Positions 13,627-27,540 of a DNA stretch of 64,000 nucleotides are shown here, one piece after another. The stretch is taken from assembly GCA_964016885.1 (NCBI GenBank), contig OZ024743.1, positions 170,190,001 to 170,254,000 of the forward strand. The letters are read 5' to 3'. A program made the translations under genes and the position numbers. The notes under the pieces were generated by a model that saw nothing but the letters and a program-made list of their open reading frames with translations, ran no database searches and had not been told where the DNA came from. The stretch is from Eledone cirrhosa. Its lineage: Eukaryota. The number at the start of each line of letters is the position of its first letter. Position 1 is the stretch's first letter.

Positions 13627-13697
13627 CGGTTTCAACACACATTTTCAGATAATGAATCTTGCTAAACAAATTCAGAAACGAAATATATACATATATG

Positions 13698-14053
13698 TGG
13701 AGGCACATGGCTTAGTGGTTAGAGCATTGGCCTTGCAATCGAAAGGTTGTGAGTTCAATTCTCAGACTGGGTGATGTGTTGTTTCCTTGAGCAAGACACT
13801 TTATTTCACGTTGCTCCAGTTTACTCAGCTGTAGAAATGAGATTATAGAGACTGGGATCCCTATCATTCCACTGTAAAGTGGTCGTGGAGGTGCCACGTC
13901 AAAAAAGCACCCAGCAGTCACTGTAAATGAGGTTGGTGTTAGGAAGGGCATCCAGCTGTAGAAATCAAGCCAGAATCAGTTCCCGTCCCACCCTTGCAAG
14001 CAGGGAAAAGTGGACGTAAAATGAAATGATGATGATGATGATGATGATGATGA
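13698..14053 (+). mobile_element. tRNA-derived SINE with RTE-type 3' tail
   Basis: A-box tggcttagtgg, B-box gagttcaattc, central tccttgagcaagacacttt. The tail cttgcaagcagggaaaagtggacgtaaaatg(atg)n matches the RTE 3' ends at ~245-285 and ~61506-61550. Confidence 0.88.
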
Positions 14054-14061
14054 TATATATA

Positions 14062-16497
14062 TATAAATAAAGTAACAGGAGGCTGGACTGGTGTAAATCC
14101 TTGAAAGGTTTATTATACTATGATCATTTCAATGACCGGGTTCCATATGAATCCGGTGATACCATCAGGTATTCGAAATATAACAAAGGAATATGTAAAA
14201 ACCATGGGTCCGAAAAATCAGAGACAGAGAGGACGACTGACCAACTAGCTGCTTTCCCCTTGGCCAGTCACCCTCAAAGTGATGGCTACTCGTTCTACTA
14301 ATGACCATCTGGTGAGGGGGGGGGGGCGAAGGCTTATAATGTACTACAATCTCTCCGTCAAAGAATAAAAAAGGGGAAGAAAGAAAGAAAGAAGTCAGCG
14401 TAAGGGTCACACTACAGTCATGCTAGAAAACGCAGCGAAAAATGTTATTCCAAAGAATCTATATTTTAACAAAGGCATATATAATGGGTGTCTGTATGGT
14501 CTAATGTGTGAACAGAAAATTGGAACGTTAAACTTATGTTACGAGTTATAGGATGAAATTAAATTTAAAAATAATAAATTTAAAAATAAATTAAAAAATT
14601 AAAAAATTATTAGGAAATTAAAGGTTAAGGTAGCGAGATATATTTAATGAACTTACAGAGAGAGTCCTATATGAAAAAGTTAATCTCGATAAGATATCAG
14701 GGTGGGATATAGAGTAAAGATTAAAGCCTTCGATTGTGAATCCCAGCCAGCACCTCCTAACCACGTGTCAGCCAGTTTTGAGTGGTATCGTCCAGCGCAA
14801 GAAATGGAAATTAATTTTTCCGAGTACTCTAGGAACGTAGCTACCTTAGGCCCCGGGTGTGCTAGCGGGAAGTCTACAATTTCGACAGGCCATCGTCTAT
14901 ACCAAACGAATACTATCAATTCACACATGAGAGGTTTATTTGCGTGCCAGTAGAGGCATGATACAGCTAACAGTTATGCCTAAGCCTAGAGTTTATAGGT
15001 ATAAGTATAATATGGTGGTCAAAACAGGCAGGCCCGGGGCATAGCAAGCCACTCCGAGTAATTTTGTTTAACGAAAGAAGGGAAATTTATTTTTCCAAGC
15101 ACTCAAGGAAGGCTGAACTTTCTGAGTGCCCGGCGCGCAGCCGGGAAAAGCCACCACATCAGTCGAAGGTAGCAAAACCCAATAAAGAGTGCAAATAGAC
15201 TATAATTATTTTAAAGTCCCAGTTAGTCCGGTTTATAAGTAGTATGGTTCTTTGGTGGGTAGGGGGCTATGAGAGGTGCATAATGACCTGAGTAAGGAAA
15301 GTTACAAATAAATAAAAGCAGGATACAAAGATAAAATACAAAGATGAAGAATACATTGATAAAAATACATTAATAAATTAATAAAAGTAAAATGTAAAAT
15401 ACAAAAATAAAACGCCTTCATAGCTAGGGTAGTGATGTAGTAAGACGGAAGTATATAAGAATATATCGGAGGAATCAGAGCAAAGGGGAAATACAATATA
15501 GATCAAGTTGTAGTAAGATAATTGTTTCTATTTTAGGCACAAGGCCAGCAATTACCCAGTGCATTACTGGTACTTTATTTTATCGACCCCGTAAGGATGA
15601 AAGGCAAAGTCAACCTCGGCGGGATTTGAACTCAGATCGTAAAGGGACGTAACTATGCTGGAAAGCATGGCGTCCGACTCTCTACCGATACTGCCAATCC
15701 ACCGCCCTCTAAGTTGTAGTAAGATAATACAGGTTGTACATATAGATGGAAGAGATGGAATGGTAACAGGTGGTACCTAGTGTAAAGTTCGGGTCTCTGA
15801 ATTCAGTGTGAGTCACACAAAATCCTGAGGTATAGAGTAAAGAATTCAGTCAATACAATACATGTTTTAGTACAATACGTAGAATTTTGTCGGAATCCGA
15901 ATATTCCCGACAAGGAAGCAGCATCGGGTGGGCGGTAGACAAAGCACAGAGCAACCAAAATCCGAATGGTAAGTAGATCTGTTAATCCCATGCTGGCGGT
16001 AGCTGTACACTGAAGTCAGTGCCGCTGTTCAATATTACATCTGGAAGTGCTCAACATTATTGGAGCATTATTTCTTTACGTTTGTTGGTTCACCACTGGA
16101 TAGAATTGGTCATTCCATATGGTCAATCTTGGTGTAATATTGTGGAGAGTACTCAACGTAGTGCAGTTCACCCGTCTTCATATTTGTAGTTGGAGGTGCG
16201 AACACGGAGTTAATTATAAATAAAATAACAGGAGGCTGGACTGGTGTAAATCCTTGAAAGGACCGGGTTCCATATGAATCCGGTGATATCATCAGGTATT
16301 CAAAATATAACAAAGGAATATGTAAAAACCATGGGTTCGAAAAATCAGAGGCAGAGAGGACGACTGACCAACTAGCTGCTTTCACCTCGGCCAGTCGCCC
16401 TCAAAGTGATGGCTACTCGTTCTGCTAATGACCATCTGGTGAGGGGGCGAAGGCTTATAATGTACCACCACCTCTCCGTCAAAGAATAAAAAAATAA
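14062..16497. repeat. Direct repeats of about 280-310 bp (14062-14372 and 16217-16497) around decayed retroelement-like DNA
   Basis: acaggaggctggactggtgtaaatccttgaaagg..ctctccgtcaaagaataaaaaa is present twice. The interior has an endonuclease-like LCFVYRPP remnant (15803-15991, minus strand). Confidence 0.8.
15518..15709 (-). mobile_element. tRNA-derived SINE family 1, full length
   Basis: Same as 7501-7694. Flanked by aagttgtagtaagataa on both sides (~15505 and ~15711), consistent with a target-site duplication. Confidence 0.9.
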
Positions 16498-16637
16498 ATA
16501 TAATTAACTCCGTATTCGCACCACCAACTACACAAATGAAGACGGGTGAACTGCACTACGTTGAGTACTCACCACAATATTACACCAAGATTGACCATAC
16601 GGAATGACCAATTCTATCCAGTGGTGAACCAACAAAC
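16081..16637. repeat. Inverted repeat of about 138 bp (16081-16219 and 16499-16637)
   Basis: ttggttcaccactggatagaattggtcattcc..cggagttaattata is mirrored by tataattaactccg..ggaatgaccaattctatccagtggtgaaccaa. Confidence 0.92.
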
Positions 16638-16641
16638 CTAA

Positions 16642-16697
<56 letters not shown>

Positions 16698-16830
16698 TTA
16701 CACACACACACACACACACACACACGCACGCACTGAGCGAAACACATGGCTATGTAATAAATCAATTCAATTTAATGTAATATATAATTTTCTCGCCGTC
16801 TAATCACTGCTTGAGTAATTTGATAATGGC

Positions 16831-16862
<32 letters not shown>

Positions 16863-16945
16863 TGTGTATGTGTGTTCCGAAGATAATGTTTTAGTAAAAA
16901 CAGGAGCAAGTAGGAGAAAGCTCTCAACATTCGTAATTTTTAGAA

Positions 16946-17527
16946 CAAAAATAATAATGCTTATGTTACATAAATCGTTTAATCATAATTATTTCCACGG
17001 TTCTTCATGCATTTGTTGTTGTTATGAGAACAGTATCCTCAGAGGAAAACCGATTTAGTGATATACTGCCAGCAGGGAAAAAAACATGTAATCCATGCAG
17101 ACATGAGTTCCTGAAAGGTTCTCCAAGCCTTCGTGCTTGTTGGAGCAAGATGTTATCAACGTGTCAATTAGTGAAAAACAGTATTCACGCATCCCCAACG
17201 GAGTTGAGATCGTAAATAAGCAGAGACCTTTGATACAGATCAACACAGAATTACCTCTCTACTGATTTATGACCTCAACTCCGTTGGGGATGCATGAATC
17301 CTGTTTTTCACTAATTGACACGTTGCTCCAGCAAGCACAACGGCTGGGAGACCCTTTCAGGAGTTCATGTCTGCATAGATTACATGTTTTTTTCCCTGCT
17401 GGCAGTATATCACTAAATCGGTTTTCATCTGAGGATACCGTTCTCATAACAACAACAAATGCATGAAGAACCGTGGAAATAATTATAATGATTAAACGAA
17501 TTCTGTAACATCAGCATTATTATTTTG
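16946..17527. repeat. Long hairpin with ~275-bp arms and ~30-nt loop
   Basis: 16946-17226 is the reverse complement of 17258-17527. A third partial arm lies at 17718-17925. Confidence 0.92.
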
Positions 17528-17716
17528 AGGAATGGTGGATTGGCAGAGGGTCGGACGCCATGCTTTGCAGCAAAGAGTTATGTCCCTTTATGGTCTGAGT
17601 TCAAATCCCGCCGAGGTTAACTTTGCCTTTCATCCTTACGGGGTCGATAAAATAAAGCACCAGTAAGGCACTGGAATAATTGCTGGCCTTGTGCCAAATG
17701 TAGAAACAATTATTAT
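17528..17716 (+). mobile_element. tRNA-derived SINE family 1
   Basis: ggtggattggcagag..gagttcaaatcccgccgaggttaactttgcctttcatcc..ggccttgtgcc. Confidence 0.85.
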
Positions 17717-18339
17717 TTTCAGGAACTCATATGTCTGCTGGGCACACAAGCAGTACGACGTGTGTTTTTTCCTGCCGGCAACATATCTCTAAATCGGGTT
17801 TCATCTGAGGATACCGTTTTCATAACAACAACAAATGCATGAAGGACTTCTCGATTGCATGGAGAACCATGGAAATAGTTATGATGATTAAACGATTCAT
17901 GTAATATCAGCATTATTATTTTTTGTTATTTATATATATATACACACACAAGAGCAAGAATGAGGGGCTCATTCTCCTGACATGGCTTTAAAAATGGGAT
18001 TGTTTGCATAATTGCAAACAAATCGAATATTATTATTAATATTTGAAAAACTCAGATTACATTTATTTTATATATATATATAAAACTAGCCTTTCAAATA
18101 TGCACACGTGTGTGTGTGTAGTCCTTGGCTTTTATTCACAGTTGTATAAATAACATTACAAATTGTTCACAATTCTATCAGAATGAAAATGTAAACACGT
18201 AATAAATACAATTAACGATTGCTGTGAACCATACAAATACAACACACCAAAATATACAATCAAAGCGAGAGAAAGAAAAAGGGAAACAAAAACGACCATC
18301 AATTCACCAAGTGCGACAATCGGCCACACATCGTAAGCG

Positions 18340-18520
18340 TCAACGGAAATTTTTTAGGCATGCCAACATGCTCGCAGCCTTACTTCGGGTGATGGCGAGG
18401 CTAAGGCGCTGAAACAACCAGACACCCTCACAGGCTTCACCTGACACCTCGCTATGGTGGCCAAACATCTCGAACGCCACAGGCTGGAATGAAGTTACCT
18501 TACCTCGTGTCCTGGCCAAG
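18340..18520 (-). pseudogene. C-terminal fragment of a CRE-like (RLE) non-LTR element
   Basis: FQPVAFEMFG..WLFQRLSLAITRSKAASMLAC resembles the end of RLE-type ORFs and the 25290-26060 fragment. Confidence 0.55.
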
Positions 18521-18569
18521 CCAATTTTAATAATAATAATAATGAAATTGTGTACAGTGCTCGAGTGCA

Positions 18570-18965
18570 CTACAACTCATCAAAGGTGCATGTATAGTAC
18601 ATAGAATAGTGTACATATGTCACGAAAGTGAACAATGTATGAGTCATGATATACATGAGTGTGAGTATGGAGAGTCGATATCAGGTGTAGTGTTGGCGAA
18701 TTTCAGGAAGCATAGAGGTTTTAAAGGATGCAGTGTCTTGGCAGCTAACAACTAACGCAGGTAGTTTGTTCCATGCTTCAGCAACTCTGAGCGTAAAATA
18801 TGTTTCTGAAAGTCATGGGAGCTGTGGTGTTTTCTGACTTCGTAGGCATGCCCACATGTGTTAGACACATGGAATTCAAAAAGGTGCTCAGGGTTGTTGT
18901 TGGCAAGATGGTTAATCATTTTGTAGGTGTTTACCAAGTCAGTTGCCAGACGTTGGAGCTTAAGG
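18570..18965 (-). mobile_element. CR1/L2-group LINE 3' fragment
   Basis: LKLQRLATDLVNTYKMIN..NTCGHAY, then RVAEAWNKLP in another frame; typical LINE ORF2 end. Confidence 0.75.
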
Positions 18966-19205
18966 TAATATGTATTGGACTGTTCTGGAATACTTCTTGA
19001 TATCATTGCACCTACATGATTAGCAACGATGAAAGCACTCCTTAGCAACAAGAAACCATGCTATAAGAGGAAATATTTTTGACATGGTTAATTCATTTAC
19101 AAGACTTCACATTGCATCTTGTTGCTCATGTGCCAAATTGGCGGAGCCGATAAAGTGTAGCACAAAATGGTTTTTGGTATTTATTCAAATCTGTCCAGAT
19201 CAACT

Positions 19206-19380
19206 TTACTTTCTTTTATCATTTCGGGATCGATGAAATACACTGTCTATTAGTGGAATTGTTAAAGCGTTGAACAAGATGTCTTGCGATATTTGGTTCC
19301 ATAAATTTACCATTTGTTCTTGCAGTTGTATACTTGGGCGGTAGACCACGGTGTTGCCTAGTTTAACACTTCCACCTAGG
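19206..19380 (-). pseudogene. Possible Tc1/mariner transposase C-terminal remnant
   Basis: VVYRPSIQLQEQMVNLWNQISQDILFNAL is weakly similar to Tc1 C-termini. Short and decayed. Confidence 0.3.
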
Positions 19381-20343
19381 TGGTTGCCTTGCAAGCATTC
19401 GGACCAGTTTGAGGCCTTGGACGGGGTCAGCCTGATCCAGCAAACTTATGATCAATGGCATTCTAGCCGTGATACTCCCATCATTTTAAATATCAGTGAC
19501 TATGTTGTCCAACGTGTCCATTAAAGAAAAAAAGACTATGATGTGATTTGAAGGAGATTTAGTTGCTATTTCTAACACATTGAGCAAGTTTATTGATAAA
19601 TCATCGTTATTATGTTGTAGTTGCTGTTTAACTCCATGTCAACCCCAGTTTTTATCGAAGTGAATAATCACTGTAACTACCTAGTCTAATGTATCTAGGA
19701 CTAGATTATCTAATGCACCTTTCCTTGTTGTTGGTTAGCACCAGGTTCACCATTATGGTCAAAGGGTCTCTGCTGAGATCATCCAGTTTTGTATTCAAGC
19801 ACAGTGTATCTAGGACTACATTATCCAATGGTAGTTTTAATTTGATAGAGTTTTTTATTGCTACATATACACTGACCAGCACATCAAGAAAGTGCAAGTT
19901 AACAGAATTGTCAGTGAGTTGGATTGATTGCTTGCTATATTCGCTTCGGCTTTCTGCCAAGATCATCTTTGGTTTCCATCCTTTCAAAATCAATAAGATG
20001 TCTGTCCAGTACTGAGTTCGTTCTCTCTCTCTCCACCTCTCTTCAAACACACACACATTTTTTGCTTTAGTAGATCAGACAGTAAAAAGTGGAATATGAC
20101 ATTTGTTCTTTACACACCTTTGTGTGTGTGTGTGTGTGTGTGCTATACACACACGCGTACACTTGGTCACAATCATATAAAACATTAAGAGGAATATTCA
20201 TTCAAATTTACAGAGATAATTTGTATAATGTTTATTTATAGATATACCTTTGTACTTTTGTATTAATGTTTGTACTTGTTACTATATGTAAACAATTGTG
20301 TACACATGGGTGTGTGTGTAGATATATATGTAGATACATATAT

Positions 20344-20374
<31 letters not shown>

Positions 20375-23300
20375 AACACACACATATACAAACATATATA
20401 TTTAATGAACAATTATAATTAGCACCGTATCTAATAAGACCGAAATATGCCCCCCCCCCCCCCCTAGAGTTGTCACCACACTCAGGCTCACTCTTTACTT
20501 TTTTTCATATTTAATTATAATTTATCAACATTTTTTGGTATACTACAGCGAATATACTGGCATGTATTTTTTTTAGGTTTACGCATATAGTTTTGTTGTG
20601 GAATGTACAGTGTATATGTGTGCAAGTGATACAATTGTGATAAAAAAATGTGAGAGATTAGAAAAGTTCCAAGATTATCAATGTAAATTAGTTTATCAAC
20701 CAGCACCATACATGCAGTAGTAGTCAGTCGACAGCTGGTGTATCTTTAGAAGCCACAAACGTGACACAAAACAACTAGCTAAATTCTCTCTTCTATTTCA
20801 ACTTGTTGCTTTTACTTTGCAAAGCTATCCAGCCAAGAATTTGGTCCCAGTACCATTCCGGCTCTCTCTGCTTTCCTTTCACCTTGGAACAAATTTATCA
20901 TTCAGAAATTATGTAATATGGCAGTTGCAGCTTGATAATGTCTGTCTTCCCTCTACAAGTGGCTGGTGCAGTCTGTGGTTGGTTTACAGAATATAGAGGT
21001 GCAGGTCAATGGTTGGTTTAATGGGGATTATGAGTGCAGGTCAGCGGTTGGTTTAACTGTATTTCTGAGTGTTTTGTTTACAGGTTAGGTCAATCGACAG
21101 TCTTACTACAATCATATAAACATGGATCACGAACACATATCCCAAACCTGGGTGACTATAAAAGGCAAATGGGCAGAGTCATTAGAACGTAAGACATTAT
21201 GCCAAGCATTATTTGTTCTGACTCTTTTGGGGTCAAATCTCACCAGAGTATCCTTTTTAGTAGTAGATAAAATAAAGTATCAATCCAGGGAGATGGGTTG
21301 TACATATTTGGCTGGGATGCATTAAGTGTGGAAAAGTAGATGGAATGATCATGGCTGGATTAACTTCGATTATAGTTCTGTCTAAGAAGCGTTCACTTAG
21401 GATGAAACAACAAACAATTGAAGGGGGATGGGGGGGCTGCAGGACATTGTAACACAATTTGACAAATCAATAGTTATTTGCACACCCACCTTTTTTTAAA
21501 TACAAAGTGAATTACAAACTGTTTTCACATTTGTTTGTTTTTAGAGCAAAGCTAAACATTTATAAATTTATAGGTATGCCTATATTCAATTTATCTTAGA
21601 TTTTTTTTCTAATATACACTTTGTTGTGCATATGTATTTATTACATAGCCAACTAATGTTCGTATGTAAATTAGACTGGCCATTTCAGTAGAATCTGGCA
21701 ACCTTTGTACGAATGGTCAGTTAACAGACTAGATGTTTGTGTGTATGTATATATATACATACATTATGTGTGTGTTTTTATGTATATATGTATGTGTGTA
21801 TATATATATCTATATATATAAAATTCTTTGTCTCTCTGTCGGTCTGTCTTTTCCTTATGCATTCCCAAATGGCTCGACCAAATCAAATCAAATTTTACAA
21901 GGTATTAGACCCTGGGAGTGCCAACATATTTTTATTTTCATTTGGATTAAAACAATATAACACTTTATCTAAAATAATCTACAAACGGATATTTTATAAC
22001 ATGATGATGACGACACATTTTGTATATGAGTGTGTATGTGTCTGTGAGTGTGTGTTTGTGCGTTCGTTACGTACACCTTAGTAAGTTACATACACACACA
22101 TCTTCACGTAAATATTTAATCAGATACACAGAGACTTAAACACACACACAGCTACACATATACATATATAACAACTGATAAAAAAGGGGAGGTTATGCGT
22201 GTTTGCGTGAATGTATGTCTGTGTGTCTGTCTTAGTATATGTGTGTGAGAGTATACTTACATTTCTGTAACCACTGACATAACGAAATTCTGGGGGTAAA
22301 ACTGTGTGTGTTTGAATGAATGTATGTCTGTGTGTGTTTTTTATAAGTGTATGTTTGGATGAATGTATATGTGTCTGTTCATTTATATTTATATTCTCAT
22401 ACATAGAACACTATCCATCTAATAATTATTGTCGCAGTTACAAGGTATATACAAATACATATTTACTGTTAAATTAGCAGTTAATACATTTGCTTGTATT
22501 TGGTTAATATAGACTTTTGGATGTTTGGTTAATATAAACTTTTGGATGTTGATACTTATTTGTTTACAATATTGGAAAAAAAATGTCTTTATTCCAAAAA
22601 TTCCTCTCATACCCACAGATGTTCCATTTGAATTTAAGAGGCTTCAATTTCCAGCCAATATAAGTTTTGATATTTCAATTAACAAATCTTAGGATCAATC
22701 CCTCAGGGTAGTTGGACTTGATATGTTTCCCCCACGGCCAACTCTATGTTAATTGCTCACGAGTTGGAAACAGCAACAATTAATTCATTTTCACACCAAA
22801 TTTTATGAAAAAATGGGTGAGGTGGTGGTTGCTGGCAGTGGGGGTGAAAAAGGCGATAAAGGGTAGTGGGGTGTAGCCATAGAAAATAGGAATTTGACCA
22901 GTTAAATTTCTATGGCTACACCCATAACTACACTTTATCGCCTTCTTCTCCGCCAGCACCACCATGCCCATTCTATCATAATTACCCTTCCTCAATTAAA
23001 TCCTCCTTCCCCCCACTCCAATCTTCCTACCATCATCATTGTTGTTTTAATGTCCACTTTCCCTGCAAGGAAGGGTTCAACAGGTCCATACAGACCAAGT
23101 CAGTACTGAAGCTGATCTCCCAGGCAGGCCAGAGACCTGTGTCCCGCTTATGTACAGTCTTGCATTAAATCAAGTGCTCAGGAGAGGTTGACATGTCTTT
23201 GACAAAACTGAGGGTCCTCTCAACCCTTAGTTTAGCAAGATTTCTATATATATAGATAGAGATAGATAGATATAAATACAGTGAGAGAGTTAGAACTTTA

Positions 23301-24179
23301 TTAGTGGTGTTGTGAGCAATTACAGTTGGCAAGGCACATTTCTTCCTTTGATTTTCTTATTGGAAACTGTAAGACATTTTTCATATTTTTCGTAGTTTTT
23401 AGTCGAAAATAAATGTTGGCTTGGTAATGGGTTGGTGCCTGAGAAATTTGTTTATTTGTAGTATTAATGATGAAATGTGAAGTTGAGTGAGCAGCTTGTT
23501 GGTTGAGTAATGGTAAATGAGTAACTGAAGTGTGTTTCAGTGAGTCGAAAGAATTTTTGCCATGTTCGAGGACACAAGTAGTTGTACTCACTTATTGTGG
23601 TGTGAAGTGATATTACTGTGGAGAAAATGATTTTCCCACATCACATGGATAAGAAATAACAAATGAACAAGACACCGCTAATTTAAATGTATTTATTTGT
23701 AACATGATTTACTTTGAAATCATGTGCAGCAATGAACAACAGAAAAAGATGCATGTATAGTTGTAGTATGTAGAATTCCAAAGTAATAAATTCACAAACC
23801 TGTGTTTGTAGCAAGTTCAACTAGTGCTGATCACAGCAGGGCTGGATCGCGAGTGTGTGTGTTTGTGTTTGTGTCTACATTGTGAGGCTGGTCAAAGAAG
23901 CTGTTTGTCACAAAGTCGTAAAGTAAACTATCTTTCAGGGGTTGAAAATATCTTGTATATTAGAATTAGGTTGCCCCAAAACATTAAACAGATAACCTTT
24001 TCAGCTGTCCTCTTTTTCGGACATTCTGGCACCATGAGCTTCCTACAAGAGAACATTATCTGAGGTCTGTCTTTTGGCAATAAGAAAAACATTTATTTTG
24101 CTACTCTTTGACTCTACAATTTTAAGGCTTATAGTATACACCGAGCAGGATATGTGTGTGAAGTGCAATGCTACATGGT

Positions 24180-25170
24180 AGTGAAACATCCAACAAAGTA
24201 TAGCTGCTTCATTTCTCTCCACTCTATGAATGTCTTCTGCAGTCACTGCCCATGTTTCACTACCATGCAGCATTGCACTTCACACACAATTTCTCTAAAA
24301 TATTATTCTCCTACAGCATAACCACGACAGTAAAACTTTAACAATCCAAATATATTACACTACATCCATGTTTTCATGCTCGTGAAAGGTGTAGTTAGGG
24401 AATTAAATTCATAGTAATAATAGGGCACGATATAGTGCTATAGATCCATTAAGACGCAAGAAATATGGGCAGTGACTACAGAAGACATGCGTAGAGTGGA
24501 GAGAGATGAAGCAACCATGCTCTGTTGGATGTGCAATGTAAATGTAACAGAAAGGCAGTGCTTGGATTAACTGAAGGAGAAACTGAGTTTATGAAGAATC
24601 TGAGGTGGTGTGAGAAGACTGCATTAGTATGGACATGTGATGCACATGGATGATGATCGCTGGGTGAAGGAGTGCCAGGAAATGCCAGTGGAAGGTAGCT
24701 GCAGTAGAGGTACTCTCGAGTCTTGAATAACCCCCCAGCTTATTCATATATTTTTCCCCTCCACCCCGCCTATTAAATTTTGCTAATCTATCTTCGGCAA
24801 AATTTTATTTTAAGTGGTAGCAGTCCTTCGATCAATTTTCTTTAGACATTAAAAAACATTATACATGACCAAAAAAGAACATTACAAGAGATCAAATACG
24901 TTATAAAATAAAATGATAGGTTGGAGTCTCAATATGTAAACTAAACAATTAATTCTGGTTTTTAAAATAATCATGAAGAATTACCGATGTTCCACCTCCA
25001 CACCGCTATTATTTGGTAAGACCAAGAAAGACTTGGGAAAGGGGTAGGGGGGTTGACATTAAATTGCTGAGACTCAGAGATGACAAAGAAATGTGCCAAG
25101 TGGAGAGATGTTGTGCTGAGAAGGACCTGCCCAACCCATGCAAGCGTGGAAAAACAGACATAATGATGTC
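24180..25170. mobile_element. RTE LINE 3' fragments (24180-24290 minus; 24455-24712 and 25010-25170 plus)
   Basis: MLHGSETWAVTAEDI.. on the minus strand. The plus-strand pieces encode the GHVMHMDDDRWVK and RPRKTW regions and end in the RTE tail, split by ~300 bp of unrelated DNA. Confidence 0.75.
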
Positions 25171-25289
25171 TTGGATAATGATCCATAGTCAAAATTATTT
25201 ACTACAAATAATAGACAATAACTCTCAAGATAGAAATGGTGATAAGTATATAACAATGAAGATAGTTTTCAAGGATGTTTTCTCCTCAG

Positions 25290-26060
25290 ACAGGCTAGCG
25301 CGCCAGCTTGTTCAGCACTGCCTTGCATGTTTTTGTGTGGCCTCACAACCCCACAGTGGTGTCTGGCTCAATGCCCTACCCTTCTTCTCCACTGCAACGC
25401 AGCTGGACAACGATAGCCTGCGCATCGAGGTTTCCCTGAGGTTTGGCGTCTGGATCTGCGGGCCACACAAATGTCGCTGCTGATCCACCGTGAACTCTTT
25501 CGGCCCCCACTGCTTTCCTGTCGCTACAGTGCCAGCTGCCCTCTACACCATGCCACCCTCAATGAGGTCATAAAGCATGGCTTGGATGCTGTAGGCTTCC
25601 TCTCCCAGCTCGAGCTGGTGGGGCTGGAATGAGGGCGAAGAAAAAAGGCCAGACGGTATGACCATCTTCCCATTCTGCAGTGGCAAACGACTCGTCTGGG
25701 ATGCCACTTGCAGTGATACATTCTCCAGCCACAACCTGGTGCAGTCTGCGATTAACCCAAGTTCTGCTGCGCTTTGGGATGAGGAGGGCAAACTCTCCAC
25801 GTATCGGTCACTTTCTGACAGTTATGTGGTTGTGCCCCTGGTAGTGGAGACCTCTGGTGTCCTTGGCCCTAGGGCTATCTCCCTACTTACCACCATAGGC
25901 ACTGAACTGGCTAGTCGCAGGTGTGAGCCTTGCGAGATGAAATGACTCTCCCAGCGCATCCTCTGGGGAAACGCCTTCTCCATTCTGTCCTGCCGGGGTC
26001 GTGGGGCAGCCAGCATGTGGGACCTCATTTGCTATGTATACAGAGAGGTGGAGGCGATGA
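25290..26060 (+). pseudogene. 3' part of a CRE-like non-LTR retrotransposon (zinc knuckle plus restriction-like endonuclease)
   Basis: HSGVWLNALP, LRFG..CGPHKCRC, HATLNEVIK, RPDGMTIFPFCSGKRLVWDATCSDT, VVPLVVETSGVLG; contains stops. Confidence 0.8.
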
Positions 26061-27171
26061 CAGTAGGAGTTTGGCTCTTCCGTGTTCAATTCTGTGTTGC
26101 TGCCTTTCTTATTAGGATTTACTTTTTAATTGATTTTGTTTTTGTTTGAGTGTTTTAGCTTTCATTGTTGCAATTACTAGCCAGCAAAACTTCACCTTCA
26201 GTATTACCTATGTAGACTTTATAACATTTCAAGAAACAAAGGCTTAAAAGAAAAAAAATGCGATTTCAATAGATACTAATTATTTCATAGTTCTCTTTAA
26301 AATTTTCTTATAGTTTTCAAAATAACCGTAGAATTTTTGCTGATTGGCAGAATTGTTAGAGTATCAAACAAGTGCATATGCATATCATTCAGTACCTGGA
26401 TCCTAATGTTTGCACAACCACAGAGCAAAATAAATAAAGTGGTTTCTGTAACTCTAAACATCTCTAATGATTTATCAGGCCACATCTAAAATAGGTTGTT
26501 AATTCAAATGTTTATAGTATTTTTACTAGTCGACAGTTGCTTGTGAAAATTTGTAGTATTAGACTAAAATATTGGTCAGGAAGTTAAAAGTTTTAAGGAT
26601 AAGACCCACCCTCATATATATATATAGGAAGTGAGTCAAGACGCCCATGGGTGAGCTCTGGCCGTTTTGACAGCTAGTTCTGAACTGACCCAGTAGTATT
26701 AGGACAGTAGTAATTTAGCTAAAGTTATCAAGGGGTACAGTCCATATATGGGCATGTAATGAAAACTTAGCAGTACAATCATATCAAACAATTCTAAAAA
26801 TTATTGTTTTTCTTTTCTGTGACCAGTAGTGGTCAAAGATTTCTTATACATAGTTAAATTCTTTCATAGCAGCAGGTGGGGGTGGCTGAACTTGCCTGTA
26901 GAACTAAGGGGAGGGAACATATATACATATATGTATATATACATATATATAAATATACATATACATATATACATACATATTTATTTTTATTTATTATAAA
27001 TAATAAATAAATAAAAATTAAAATGGCATACACATACAATACAACAGGACGCTAAGGTGAAACAATTGTTCTCGTTATGGTGAACTAACTGTTGTGTAAC
27101 CACTTCTACCTAACTCGTCCCATGAACTGAGCGCTCTACCACTACGGATATTACGTTCCAGTGTTCTACCA

Positions 27172-27346
27172 CTATATATGTATATATATATATATATGTA
27201 TATATGAATATATATATATGTATATATATATATATGTATATATGAATATATATATATGTATATATATATATATATGTATATATGAATATATATATATGTA
27301 TATATATATGTATATATGTATATATATATATATATGTATATATGTA

Positions 27347-27377
<31 letters not shown>

Positions 27378-27509
27378 ATATATATATATATATATAGATG
27401 TGTATATATATATATAGATATGTATATATATATATATATATAGATGTGTATATATATATATAGATGTGTATATATATATATAGATATGTATATATATATA
27501 TATATATAG

Positions 27510-27540
<31 letters not shown>

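Noticed and set aside
13698-13775. tRNA gene (also the SINE heads at 7694, 15709 and 17528)
   Set aside because: Only A/B-box remnants with no full cloverleaf, and the sequence continues into SINE bodies.
14062-16497. LTR retrotransposon
   Set aside because: The direct repeats lack TG..CA ends, PBS and PPT, and there is no gag or pol between them.
19689-20056. Overlapping 108- and 116-aa ORFs as host exons
   Set aside because: No recognisable motif; they run into microsatellite and degenerate repeat sequence.
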